64,000 nt of DNA, from positions 19,840,001-19,904,000 of the forward strand of contig OZ024749.1 of the NCBI GenBank assembly GCA_964016885.1, in the 5' to 3' direction. Positions 18,098 to 28,866 of the stretch are shown here, one piece after another. Position numbers and translations under genes: made by a program. Position 1 is the first letter of the stretch. Each line of letters opens with the position of its first letter. Below the pieces are notes generated by a model. That model did not search any database. It saw only the letters and a program-made list of their open reading frames with translations, and was not told where the DNA came from. The DNA comes from Eledone cirrhosa (lineage: Eukaryota).

Positions 18098-18230
18098 TAC
18101 GTCCCTTTACAGTCTGAGTTCAAATCCCGCCGAGGTTTACTTTGCCTTTCATCCTTACGGGGTCGATAAAATAAAGTACCAGTAATACACTGGGTAATTG
18201 CTGGCCTTGTGCCTAAAGTAGAAACAATTA
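18098..18230 (+). mobile_element. tRNA-derived SINE fragment (B box + body)
   Basis: GAGTTCAAATCCCGCCGAGG..CTTTGCCTTTCATCCTTACGGGGTCGATAAAATAAAGTACCAG. Copies at 23483-23620 (+), 24215-24300 (+), 27375-27510 (-) and 48430-48520 (-). Confidence 0.75.
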
Positions 18231-18455
18231 TATATTATATATATACATTATAAATTAGTGTAACGTCATGCTGGGTTATCTGTATATATGGAGGATATAG
18301 ATAGATATTATATAATACATAGGGGTTGGAACTACAGCTTGTTATCTATATATATATGGAGGATATGTTTATATATCGACATCATATTACATATAGGTGA
18401 AGGGGGCACAATGAGTTATCTATATATATATATATAGAGAGAGAAGATATATATA

Positions 18456-19721
18456 CAGGGTGTGGACGATATTTGTTCGCAATTTTCAACTGCTAATTTT
18501 ATGCAATTTTTTTTTACTTCCGTTGTCATTCTTGTCTTTATAAAAACAGTGACTATATTTCTATTATTTATTTTCAGAATAATTGATTATGAATAATTTT
18601 GAACCTCCAAATTTGTGGAAGAGACACGGAGTTCTTCTTGGAATCCGCGCCGGGAGGACAAATAAGGAAATTTCAGACTTTCTCAGCGTCAGCAGGAGAA
18701 TGGAGGAAAAGGTCAGAAAGGAATTGGAAGATTCAGGATTCGACTACGAAGCAATATCAGAGAGGAAAACACATGATCGACGATTTGACGCCTTCAGAAT
18801 GCCCGAGTTCGCCTCTGAAGTTCAGGATATCATCAACAATGAACCTAGCAAGTCGATGCCTGCCAAGAAAGGCGTGGATGAAAAGCTCATTAGGCTGGTG
18901 GTACATGAAGACATTCGCTACGTTTCATACAAGATGAGGAAAGGACAATTTCTGTCAAAGGCGATGCAAGAAAAGCGACTGCGACTGAAGCACGCAAAGA
19001 AGCTGATCAACAAGTTGAAACATCCACTGGAGCCAGACATGCTGTGGTTTTTCTCCGACGAGAAAAACTTCTGCCAAGACCAGAAGATCAACTCCCAGAA
19101 CAACAGGTGACTCGCTGTCTCATCCAAAGACGTGCCCAGAGTCATGCAGACAAAGTTTCCAGTGACAACATTGGTCTTAGGTGTCGCCAGCAGTCAAGGT
19201 GACGTCATGCCACCTCACTTCATCCCTTGAGGGCCTCAAGCTGAACACCGATGGCTATATCAGCATTCTGAGCGAGATAGTAAAGCCCTGGATCAACCAG
19301 GTAGCTGCAGGTAGGCCGTTGGTGTGGCAGCAAGACTCAGCGCCATGCCATACCAGCTGAAAGACCCAAGCCTGGCTGTCAGAGAACTTTGTCGACCACA
19401 CTTCACCTGACATCTGGCCTCCCAGCTCGCCTGACTGCAACCCCCTCGACTTCTTTGTGTGGGACACAGTGGAACGAGACACCAACAGATCTAGCTGCAA
19501 TACGAAAGACGATCTGAGGGCCAGGATCACAAGTGTCTTTAGGGGCCTAAGTTGCGGGACAGTGACGAAGGCCTGTAGCCGGTTCTGAGGCCGTCATCAA
19601 AGCCAATGCAGATTTATCGAGTGAGATCGAAAGAACAAATCATGAAGACAAACTGACCCAAGTTTGATAAATATATCTTAAAAAATAAAACTACTGTTAT
19701 TTTTTCCTAGTCTGCACCCTG
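18456..19721 (+). mobile_element. Tc1/mariner transposon, DD37D (maT) family, full length but pseudogenised
   Basis: TA|CAGGGTG...CACCCTG|TA; WFFSDEKNF; WQQDSAPCH + 37 aa + NPLD (WPPSSPDCNPLDFFVW); internal stops and frameshift; interrupts a minisatellite continuing on both sides. Confidence 0.93.
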
Positions 19722-20037
19722 TATACACATTATACATTGATGTAGGGTTGCACTGGGTTATCTTATATATGGAGTTTATAGATATATTATACATAAGAGC
19801 TGGGCCATGATGAAGTATGTGTATATATGGAAGATATATATATATAGACATATTATACACATTATGATTCTTATATATAATTATTTTGGTAGATTTTGAT
19901 TTAAATAAGAACCCATTAAAACTGGTTTTGGTTGGGTTAGTATCAAAAGGGTCGAGATATGAGAACAATATAAAATTGGTGGTTTTGGTCAGAGTTGTTG
20001 GTCAAAAGTGTTAATAAGAAAACCTACAGAAACTTAC

Positions 20038-20112
20038 CTTCAGTTCAAGATTGTCATCTGTACCTAAGAATCTTTTTAACACAGGCAAACTGGAGAATTT
20101 AACATGATCCAC
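20038..20112 (-). CDS. RCL1: RNA 3'-terminal phosphate cyclase-like protein, exon 4 (VDHVKFSSLPVLKRFLGTDDNLELK)
   Basis: TTCCAG| acceptor, AAG|GTAAGT donor, 75 nt, in phase with exon 3. Confidence 0.9.
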
Positions 20113-20400
20113 CTGGAACAGTGATTAGATAATCAGGTAAACAGCATTATTAATTAATTTAATAGTTAACTTAGTACCAACTTAACTGTTAGGTTAATTA
20201 CTAACAACACCTGCACATGGTTCACCTGGCACAGTAATTAAATAACCAGGTAAATATTAATTAATAGTTAACTTAGTAATTAACCTAATAATCAAGTGGG
20301 TACTAACAACACCGTCACATGATCCACCTGGAACAGAAATTAGATAACCAGGTAAGCATTATTAATTAGTTGAAGTAATAGTTAACTTAGTAATTAACCA
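20102..20400. repeat. About 110-bp tandem repeat x3 duplicating the RCL1 exon 4 acceptor
   Basis: ACATGATCCACCTGGAACAG at 20102 and 20317, variant at 20215, each followed by AATAGTTAACTTAGTA. Confidence 0.85.
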
Positions 20401-20494
20401 AAAAGTCCTGTGGTCATTAACGTAATGTAGTAAATGAAGGAAAATAACTAATTAAAATCACACACAAAATGAAATAGAAGAAGGGTGAACTCAC

Positions 20495-20670
20495 CGAAGC
20501 GTCGTCTAAATTATGGGTGACTCCACGTAAAACAACTTTGAGGGGTTTCTTTGTAAAAGGGGCCAAACAAAAGAGGGGCTCAAGATAATAAGTAAGGCCT
20601 CGGCCTATGTGGCATTCATGATCGAAGCTCCCCCCCGAGAGCATACCAGGGTGGAAAAGAATTGAGGTTC
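20495..20670 (-). CDS. RCL1: RCL1 exon 3 (TSILFHPGMLSGGSFDHECHIGRGLTYYLEPLFCLAPFTKKPLKVVLRGVTHNLDDAS)
   Basis: 176 nt, TTTACAG| acceptor and |GTGAGT donor; matches the RCL1 PG.L.GG..HDC..R.IGYYLE..LAPF.K.PL..LRGVT motif. Confidence 0.95.
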
Positions 20671-20807
20671 CTGTAAAAAAAAAATCACACAACATAATAA
20701 ATAGTTATTTAGATTTACTTAAGTATTAGTAATAATAGTTTATTAACTCTTTACATCCTGTACCACATTAACAAGACATTCTTAAAAAGTACCATGACCA
20801 CATGACA

Positions 20808-20990
20808 TTAACCCATGACTATATTTACTATTGTATTTTCATAGTAAAAGCTTTATTTCACATGATATCGAATCTATGAGATTTTGATATTTATTTTGAG
20901 AACAATACCTTAACATCAGTATAAGTGGCTGGTTACAGCTGGTTTGAACAGAAAGAGGTGAGAGAATTCAGGCCGGATAAGGCCGGTTCA
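20808..20990. mobile_element. Degenerate copy of the piggyBac-type MITE
   Basis: Homologous to 48178-48397 and 28645-28866. Confidence 0.7.
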
Positions 20991-21039
20991 AACAGTAATG
21001 TCTTTATTTTAACACTGCAAATTTTCACAACAATCTGTC

Positions 21040-21375
21040 TGATAGTAAAGATACTATAAACATTTGAATTAACAAATCACATGAAACTACATTAGTAAGT
21101 CATTCATGAAAAGTACAAAACAGCACTATGACTGCAGCACATTGAAAATTAAAGTCTCTACTCTAATACTGGAAATGTTCACAATGATTTGTTCACTAGT
21201 AAAGATACTATAAACTTTTGAATTAACAAACTACATTAGCAAGACATTCTTGAAGAGTACAAAACAACACTATAACTACATCGCATTAAAAAGTAAAGTC
21301 TTTACTTTAAAACTGAAAATGTTCACAATCTGTTTACTAGTAAAGATACTATAAACATTTGAATTAACAAACTTA
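21040..21375. repeat. About 140-155-bp tandem repeat in RCL1 intron 2
   Basis: TAGTAAAGATACTATAAAC.TTTGAATTAACAAA occurs three times. Confidence 0.8.
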
Positions 21376-21734
21376 GATATTTTCTGCTAAATCACTTCAG
21401 GATGTTTTCAGTTAAAAGTCATCCTGTCATTTTTATGCTCAGTCCAAAGCACCCAATCCACCCTGTAAGGTGGTCTCAGGTTACATGACAAAAAGCACCA
21501 AACCCACTCTATAAGGTGGTCATGCTGGTGACACAAAAAAAAGCACCAGGTCCACCCTGTAAGGTGGTTGTGCTAGTGGATATGATAAAAAGTACCCAGC
21601 CCATGCTGTAAATATGGTTGGCTTTAGGAAGGTCAACCAGCCATAAACAGTTCTATATGAGCTGATTTGACTTGTCTCACAACATCAGGACAACTAGTCT
21701 AACCATGCTAGCGTGGAAAATGGACGTTATTTAC

Positions 21735-21806
21735 CTGTCTCATTAATGGTAACTCTGGATCCATTTGACAATTTTTCAAGTAAAGCGATCAAAGACAATT
21801 CATATT
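21735..21806 (-). CDS. RCL1: RCL1 exon 2 (EYELSLIALLEKLSNGSRVTINETG)
   Basis: 72 nt, TTTTAG| acceptor and |GTAAAT donor; phase 1 on both sides. Confidence 0.95.
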
Positions 21807-22049
21807 CTAAAAGAAAAGAAATGAGATTAATAAAATAACTACAAGTAATGACCATAACTACATTATATCTGGTGTGGTGGGTCAGGTTGAGTGTAGTTAT
21901 AAGGATTATAACTATAGTATCGATTTGTTTGCATATATGGAAAGGCAATTAAGTTATAACACACACATATATCATGATCAATCAAACTTCTGAACCGATC
22001 GTAAAACGATGAACTGATTAAGCACCAATCTTTGCATATATATATATAT

Positions 22050-22390
22050 ATATTGCTTTGGCCCCACTTGGTCACGAATGACCATGGTTTTGCACCTAGA
22101 AAGTTTCCCTCCGAGGCACAAGCAGGGCAAGGATTTTTGCGGAAGACCAGTAGTCGCCCATTCATACCATTCTCACCTCTCGACGCCGCCGATGTTATCC
22201 AAAGGAAAGGCAATGACCGATACAGCTTGGTACCAGTGACGTCGCAACTCATTTCTACAGCTAAGTAAACTGGACCAACGAGAAATAAAGTGTTTTGCCC
22301 AAGGACACAACGCACCACCCGGTCCGAGAATCGAACTCACAACCTCTCAATTGCAAGCCCAATGCTCTAACCACTAAGCCATGCACTTCA
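22050..22390 (-). mobile_element. tRNA-derived SINE
   Basis: A box TGGCTTAGTGG, B box GTTCGATTC, followed by GTTGTGTCCTTGGGCAA; similar heads at 34087-34230 (+), 27035 (+) and 48860-48980 (+). Confidence 0.8.
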
Positions 22391-22821
22391 CACACACACA
22401 TATATATATATGTGTGTGTGTCTTCAGGTAAATGAAAATATCTTGTCCGACCAACTGGATCCAATGCGTGTACATGTTAATATCCTGCCATCGGCTCACG
22501 TGTAGGTGTGTGTATGTATGCGTATGTATATATATATATATAATAATTAGGGAACAAAGAATTAGTATTGCCTCATATATATATTTAATTACATATTACT
22601 GCCGTCCAGCTCGAGGAACGATCGATTATGTTTGTTCCTGATTCTGGAATCGAAAGCTCCACAAATATGTTTACACATGTAGACTAACAATATATATATA
22701 TATACGTGTATGTATGTAAAAAGCAAACTAAAATCTCTCTCTCTATATATATCAACGGAGCATGCGACGAAATGAATCCGGTGAATCGGATGAGATAGTT
22801 TCAGTTATATATATACAATAC

Positions 22822-22951
22822 CTTGTAATCCCGGATTATCATCGCGATTTCGTATATTAGATATTCTCATAGATCTTCCACTTAGTATAGACAACGCCAA
22901 CCTTTGACGAAAGAAATTACAACCTTCGTATTCCAATAAACTTCCTGACAT
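22822..22951 (-). CDS. RCL1: RCL1 exon 1 (MSGSLLEYEGCNFFRQRLALSILSGRSMRISNIRNRDDNPGLQ)
   Basis: Diagnostic GCNF.RQRL.LS.LSGR...I..IR..DDNPGL N-terminus; 130 nt, G|GTATTG donor. Confidence 0.96.
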
Positions 22952-24697
22952 CTTGCTTCTGTCTTTATTTTGAAGCACGTGTTGTAAAGTCAGTGCCACC
23001 ACACAACGGTGTCACTCACAAGTAAACCACCACACAAGTTGTTTCCGGTTTCTCGGTGACTTCGTTCTTTACTTTACTTCCCTTGATTAAAAAAGTCCCT
23101 CTTCATTTGTCGGATTCCCATTATTTTAATAATTTTATTGACTTTTTTCTGTCCCCAGATTATTTATGGTTGACGATTAGTAGAATGATAAGAGTGTTAG
23201 ACAAAATGTGTTTTTACACTCATACACAAACTCTGTTTTCGCCTGTACTGTCATAAAGTTTTTCTTGATGTGGACCCTTTGTGGTTAATAAAGAAATCAT
23301 TTTATTTTGTATTTGTTACGTCTATTTACGTTTTGAGATTCTTTTAAGATTAATAAAATAAAGCACCAGTTAATTTTCATATAATATAGTACGTCCATTT
23401 CAGAATACAGATATAACTTTATCGTATACTTTGCTGCTTGGCACATTCCTTTATATATTATATTTAAATGCTGTCCATCATAGTTACGTCCCTTTACGAT
23501 CTGAGTTCAAATCCCGCCGAGGTTGACTTTGCCTTTGATCCTTACGGGGTCGATAAAATAAAGTACCAGTAATGCACTGCTTAATTGCTGGCCTTGTGCC
23601 TAAAGTAGAAACAATTATATTTAATGCTATCTGTTTTTATAGTGTGAGTACAATTTTACGCGTGGCAGCATATATATATATAATATTAATAAATGGAAAC
23701 TATCTTTATAAAACCATATTTATTTTATTATATATTTCAAGGGTACCAAAATTTTGGTACGCACTCATCAGATAAAATACAAAAGTTGTTTTACAGATAG
23801 TGACATATTTCATATGTCACTATCTGTTATAAACTAAATTTGTCGAATAATCAACAAATTAAATAACTCATTGCTTATATATATATATATATATATAAGC
23901 AATGAGTTATTTAATTTGTTTTATATATATATACACGCGCACAAATTAATTTCGTTTCGTCATTTGAGTTTATGCCATTTCGTTTTTTTTTGCTTTTACT
24001 TAGATGAAAGCTTCAAATAAGTCGCTCGCTACGTTGTTACCTCCCTTTATCTCGTTCCTCTTCAATGTTGAATACATCAAATAAACCGACCGCATTTCTA
24101 TAGAAACACACTTTTAGGACTACGTAATATAATATATATTTTTAAAGAGATGTTTGGGTATGCCGTACTGTAGCTAGAGTTTGTGCCGCCCGGTGCGGTA
24201 TTCATTCCTGGTTATTGCGCTCTGAGTTCAAATCCCACCGAGGCCAGCTTTGCCTTTCCTCCTTTCGAACACGATAAAAATAGTACCAGTTCAATACTGA
24301 GATCGATTCCTCCGTTTTCCGGGAAAAAATCGATTTGAAACAAGTTGGATGTCACATTAGTTAATGATAGCACACAGAAAAAAAAAAAAAAAAAAGATTT
24401 CCCATCGAAATCGAGAGGGTGGTGCTCTAAAAATTTACCAAAGAAAGACGTGCTTCACTCGCTCTATAAGCTATACTATATGGTTTATGATTTGAAAGGA
24501 ATTTGGCTGCTACTTTTAGCAGGCTGAGCGTCTACAATGATGTCGTCTCGTTTATGTCATTGAGTGTGTTAATCACGTGTTGTACCATAACGAGGAGAGT
24601 ATAAACAAACCTTGCACTCCTCCAGACAATAGTAAGTAGCGTGTTGAAAGAGTCGGAGAACGAACGAACGAACTCCCAGCGTTATCCCAACAACGCT
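22952..24697. promoter_or_regulatory. Divergent RCL1/METTL4 intergenic promoter region
   Basis: Lies between two diverging ATGs; CpG-containing unique patches; ETS-like TTCCGG at about 23043 and 24317; transcription starts not determinable. Confidence 0.5.
23721..23779 (-). ncRNA. Type I hammerhead ribozyme (solo pLTR remnant)
   Basis: Minus strand TATTTTAT-CTGATGA-GTGCGTACCAAAATTTTGGTACCCTT-GAAAT-AT-ATA-ATAAAATA; flanks resemble the pLTR at 61925-62040. Confidence 0.8.
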
Positions 24698-24916
24698 ATG
24701 AGTATTATATGTCAGAACGAACATGGCTGGGTGTTGTGCCACTGTAAGGCTGTCCAAGATATATATAGACACTGTAGACAGGAGCCACCCGGTTCCGCTA
24801 CCCGGTCTTACAGATGGAAAGCTGATCTCTTTAAAATCCATTCACCATTTCTTATGGATACACAGTTTCAGAAATTACCGTCTGGCGCCACTGAACAGCA
24901 GACACAGAATAAGAAG
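24698..24916 (+). CDS. METTL4: N6-adenine methyltransferase METTL4, exon 1
   Basis: MSIICQNEHGWVLCH..YRWKADLFKIHSPFL resembles recalled vertebrate METTL4 MSVVHQLSAGWLLDH..FVFRPELFDVTKPYI; 219 nt, AAG|GTATAC donor. Confidence 0.78.
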
Positions 24917-25239
24917 GTATACACGCGTACACACATACACAAATATATATATACATAGCCATCTATACACAGATAAATATATATATACCTACCTACACAC
25001 ACACATATATATGTATACGTTCTTCTACACATATATATGTATAGTGAAAAGTTAGTGTCTGACGGCTGAGCTTACGCCGATTCAAAGGCGAGCGGATAAC
25101 TTTTCACTATACATATACAGCTAGATTCGGCTCAAGCTGTAGAAACAGCTTCAGCCGTCAGGGTCCTGACACTTTTCCTATATATATATACGTACACATA
25201 CACACTCTCTCTCTCTCACATATATATATACATATATAA

Positions 25240-26630
25240 CTCCTATATGCGGATGATCTCACATTTATAGCCGAATCTATGGTGGAACTAGAGAAGAAAT
25301 TCCAAACAGGGACTAGAAAGAAAGGGTCTCAAAGTCAACCTGACAAAGACTAAGGTACTCGTAAGTAGACGAGAAAACAGAACCCAGATCCCCTCAGTGA
25401 AATGGCCTTGCTTTGTATGTAGGAAAGTTGTAGGTAGGAACTGTATCCTCTGCCCCAAATGCAAACAATGGGTACACAAGAGATGTAGTGGGATCACAGG
25501 AAGCTTAACTAAGAATGTAGGCAAGCAGCAAACGGACACAGGAAACTTAACTAAGAATGTAGGCTTCGCTGGGACAGCAAGCAGCAAACGGCCACAGGAA
25601 ACAGGCACTACCAAACTGTGGGAGGGCTCTGTAGAAACAGTAGACAGCTTCTGCTACCTAGGTGACCGAATTAGCAGCGGAGGTGGGTGTTCGGAAAGTA
25701 CAATAACTAAGGTAAGAACGGGATGGAAGAAGTTCAGGGAGCTACTGCTAGCTGCAAAAAGCTTTTCCCTCAAAACGAAAGGCAGACTGTTTGATGCATG
25801 TATACGAACAGCAATGTTACATGGTAGTGAGACCTGGGCGCTGTCTGTAGAAGACTTGTGTAGATTAGAAAGTACAATAACTAGGGTAAGAACGGGATGG
25901 AAGAAGTTCAGGGAGCTACTGCCACTGCTAGCTGCAAAAAGCTTTTCTCTCAAAATGAAAGGCAGACTGTTTGATGCATGTATATGAACGGCAATGTTAC
26001 GACATCCGATGGATGTGTAATAGTAATGTACGGGAACGGCAAAGCATAAACAAAACTGAGAAAGAGACTGAGCATAAGAGGAATCAAATGCTGTGTGCAG
26101 GAGAGGAGGTTGCATTGGTATGGGCATGTGATGCATATGAGGGATGACAGCTGCATAAAAATGTGCAGAGCACTAGAAGTCGATGGAAGGCGCAGAGTGG
26201 GGAAACCCAAGAAAACCTGGGATGAGGTGATAAAAGCCAACCTTTCCCAATTGCACCTCTCAAAGGCGATGACACACGACTGTGACCTCTGGCGTCATGC
26301 AGTAATACAGAAGACCCGACTTCCCACAGGTACAAGCCGAAGCTGAAGCATATAGACAATATGCTCCCACTGCAAAGTGGTCGTGGAGGTGTCACGGCAA
26401 AAAAGCACCCAGCCCACACTGTAAAGTGGACGTGTAGGCGTCACGGAAAAAAAGCACCCAGCACTTACTGTAAATGAGGTTGGTGTTAGGAAGGGCATCC
26501 AGCTGTAGAAATCAAGCCAGAATCAGTTCCTGTATGAGCAAGACAAGGTCAGCCGACCGGACACTGCCCACAACAGGACAACCCGTCTAACCCATGCTAG
26601 CGTGGAAGAACGGATGTAAAATGGTGATGA
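25240..26630 (+). mobile_element. RTE-clade LINE 3' fragment with PHD-like finger and internal duplication
   Basis: LLYADDL, KGLKVNLTKTK, WPCFVCRK..C..CKQWVHKRC, FCYLGD, MLHGSETW, RLHWYGHV, GKPKKTW; 25697-25820 is repeated at 25870-26000. Confidence 0.9.
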
Positions 26631-26679
26631 TATATATGGCAGTGTGTCAGGGTCAGTAAATACAGAATCTATACAGCAA

Positions 26680-27012
26680 CTGGAGAGAAATAAAGTAACT
26701 CTATTAGAGGAGTATGAGTGACGGCATGTGGATGGACTGAGAGAAAAGCTGGTTATAAGAGGAATAAAATGTCTGTGGGAAAGAAGACGGTGCTGGTATG
26801 GACATGTGATGTGTATGGATGAGGAAGAATGCTGGGTGATAAAGTACCAGGGGATCGCAGTGGAAGGAAGATCATAGAAGACCTGGATAGAGGTGGTTAG
26901 AGCTGATCTCAACATTCCGAACCTCACACTGGGTCAAGGGAGATGGTGGTGGAGAGGATTTGTTCAAGCCTTGCAAGCATGTAAGAGTGGATGTAAAATG
27001 CTGATGACGATG
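26680..27012 (+). mobile_element. Old RTE LINE 3' end
   Basis: RRRCWYGHVMCMDEEEC..KTWIEVVRADL and (ATG)n tail. Confidence 0.7.
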
Positions 27013-27034
27013 ATAATATATATTAGCTCATATG

Positions 27035-27300
27035 AAGGCACGTAGCCTAGTGGTAAGGGTGTTGAACTTACGACTATTATGTTGTAGGTTTGATTCCTGG
27101 GCTGCGTTGTGTGTTGTGTTTTCATTTCTGTTTCTCCAGTATACTTAGCTGAAAGTAACTAACAGCAATAGCTGGGAGTTTAATGCTGCAATGGACTGGC
27201 GTTCTGTCCAGGGGAGAGTCTTGTACTCTCAGTTGCCTCATGCCACGGACACCTGGGTAAACACCAACCTGATGAGCCACCAGGCTCACAACAGACTTAT
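27035..27300 (+). mobile_element. tRNA-head SINE with V-domain-like body
   Basis: TAGCCTAGTGG A box, GGTTTGATTCC B box, then CTGCAATGGACTGGCGTTCTGTCCAGGGG..CCTGATGAGCCAC. Confidence 0.6.
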
Positions 27301-27921
27301 GGGCGAAGTTTCGCTTTGAGAGTAATTTTGCCAAATATATGCTTAGCTTGAAATGTAAATAATAATAATAATAATTGTTTCTACTTTTGGCACAAGGCGA
27401 GCAATTACTCCAGTGCATTACTGGTACTTTATTTTATCGACCGCGTAAGGATGAAAGACAAAGTTAACCTCAGTGGGATTTGAACTCAGACTGTAAAGGG
27501 ACGTAACTCTATGTCGGATCCTCTACCGATACTGGCCTCTTTGAATTACTGAAACGAATAAGTTTCGTTTTAGTGTGGTTCTTTTTTTTAATTTTGTAAT
27601 ACACGTGCTTTTAAAATGAAATTAAATAATTTTACATACGCATGACACGTTATGTACATTTTGTTTGCAAGTACAAACATTTAGTTAAAATTGATATACC
27701 TAGCACAGGACAACGCGTCTAACCCATGCAAGCGTGGAAAAATGGACGTAAAACTGATGATGATGATGATACCTATTCTAAACCCGAATCACACAGCTTA
27801 TAAAATAATTTTATCATTGTTTTTACTTTAAGAAATGTGTTTGGACGCATGAGTTTTAACTAATTAAATATGATTATAAGTTTAATAAAAATATAAAATG
27901 TTTATTATTTTGTCTTTGCAG

Positions 27922-27984
27922 AAGAAACGCAAAATTTCTGATTTGAATGTTGGAGAAATCCAGGCGATAGAATATCACGAGGAA
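27922..27984 (+). CDS. METTL4: METTL4 exon 2 (KKRKISDLNVGEIQAIEYHEE)
   Basis: TTTGCAG| acceptor, |GTAAGT donor, 63 nt, phase 0; matches recalled METTL4 KKRKR...NQGELDAMEYH. Confidence 0.85.
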
Positions 27985-28059
27985 GTAAGTCAGTTTATTA
28001 TATAAATGTGATAGTTATGCCATAACAGAATTTAATAAATTTAGCTACCCCTATCATGG

Positions 28060-28235
28060 ACCAATTGTCTGGAATAATTTTGTGTGCAAAGATGCAACTC
28101 TTCTAGACTCAAAAGATGTTATATATATACATATAAAATGGTATACCTAATTGAATGTAACAAATGTAAGGAGTTCTACATGGGTAGCACGACTCGAACA
28201 CTTCACACTCGCATTAAAGAACACCAACACACGCT
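28060..28235 (+). mobile_element. Penelope-like GIY-YIG endonuclease fragment
   Basis: VYLIECNKCKEFYMGSTTRTLHTRIKEH. Confidence 0.75.
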
Positions 28236-28239
28236 CACA

Positions 28240-28570
28240 AGAGATATAATTGAGATATTAAATTTGGATGAGTATCAACTATTTGTATGGAAGCATATAC
28301 AAGATATAATCGAGATATTAAATTTAGATGAGTATCAACTATTTGTATGGAAACAGAAAAAATATAATCAAGATATTAAATGTGGATGAGTATCAACTAT
28401 TTGTATGGAAGCATATAAGAGATATAATCGAGATATTAAATTTAGATGAGTATCAACTATTTGTATGGAAACAGAAAAAATATAATCGAGATATTAAATT
28501 TGGATGAGTATCAACTATTTGTATGGAAGCATATAAGAGATATAATCGAGATATTAAATGTGGATGAGTT
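28240..28570. repeat. About 60-bp tandem repeat x5-6 with alternating variants
   Basis: ATATAATCGAGATATTAAATTTGGATGAGTATCAACTATTTGTATGGAA repeated. Confidence 0.92.
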
Positions 28571-28644
28571 CATGTGGTCGATCTGCTGGTGATATATTTG
28601 ACAATATTTTATCTCATATTTCCCAATGACACCCAACTCCCTAA

Positions 28645-28866
28645 CCCTTTAGCATTTAAATCGGCCATATCCGGCCAGAATCCACTCACCTCCTTCTGTT
28701 AAAACCAACTGTAACTGGCCGCTTATACTGATGTTGAGGTATTGTTCTCAAAATAAATAAGATCAAAATTTCATAGATTCGATATTATGTGAGACAATTA
28801 TGTAAGGTAAAGCCTTTACCACAAAATTACAATAGTATATAGAGAGTAATGTAAATGCTAAAAGGC
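28645..28866. mobile_element. piggyBac-type MITE
   Basis: CCCTTTAGCATTTA...TAAATGCTAAAAGG; inverted homolog of 48178-48397. Confidence 0.75.

Noticed and set aside
22290-22390. tRNA genes (also 34087, 27035, 48860)
   Set aside because: A/B boxes run into SINE bodies; no complete cloverleaf
27268-27300. Hammerhead at CTGATGAGCC..GGCTC
   Set aside because: No GAAA box follows; part of a SINE tail
28240-28570. CRISPR-like array
   Set aside because: The inter-repeat segments are themselves repeated; a plain tandem repeat
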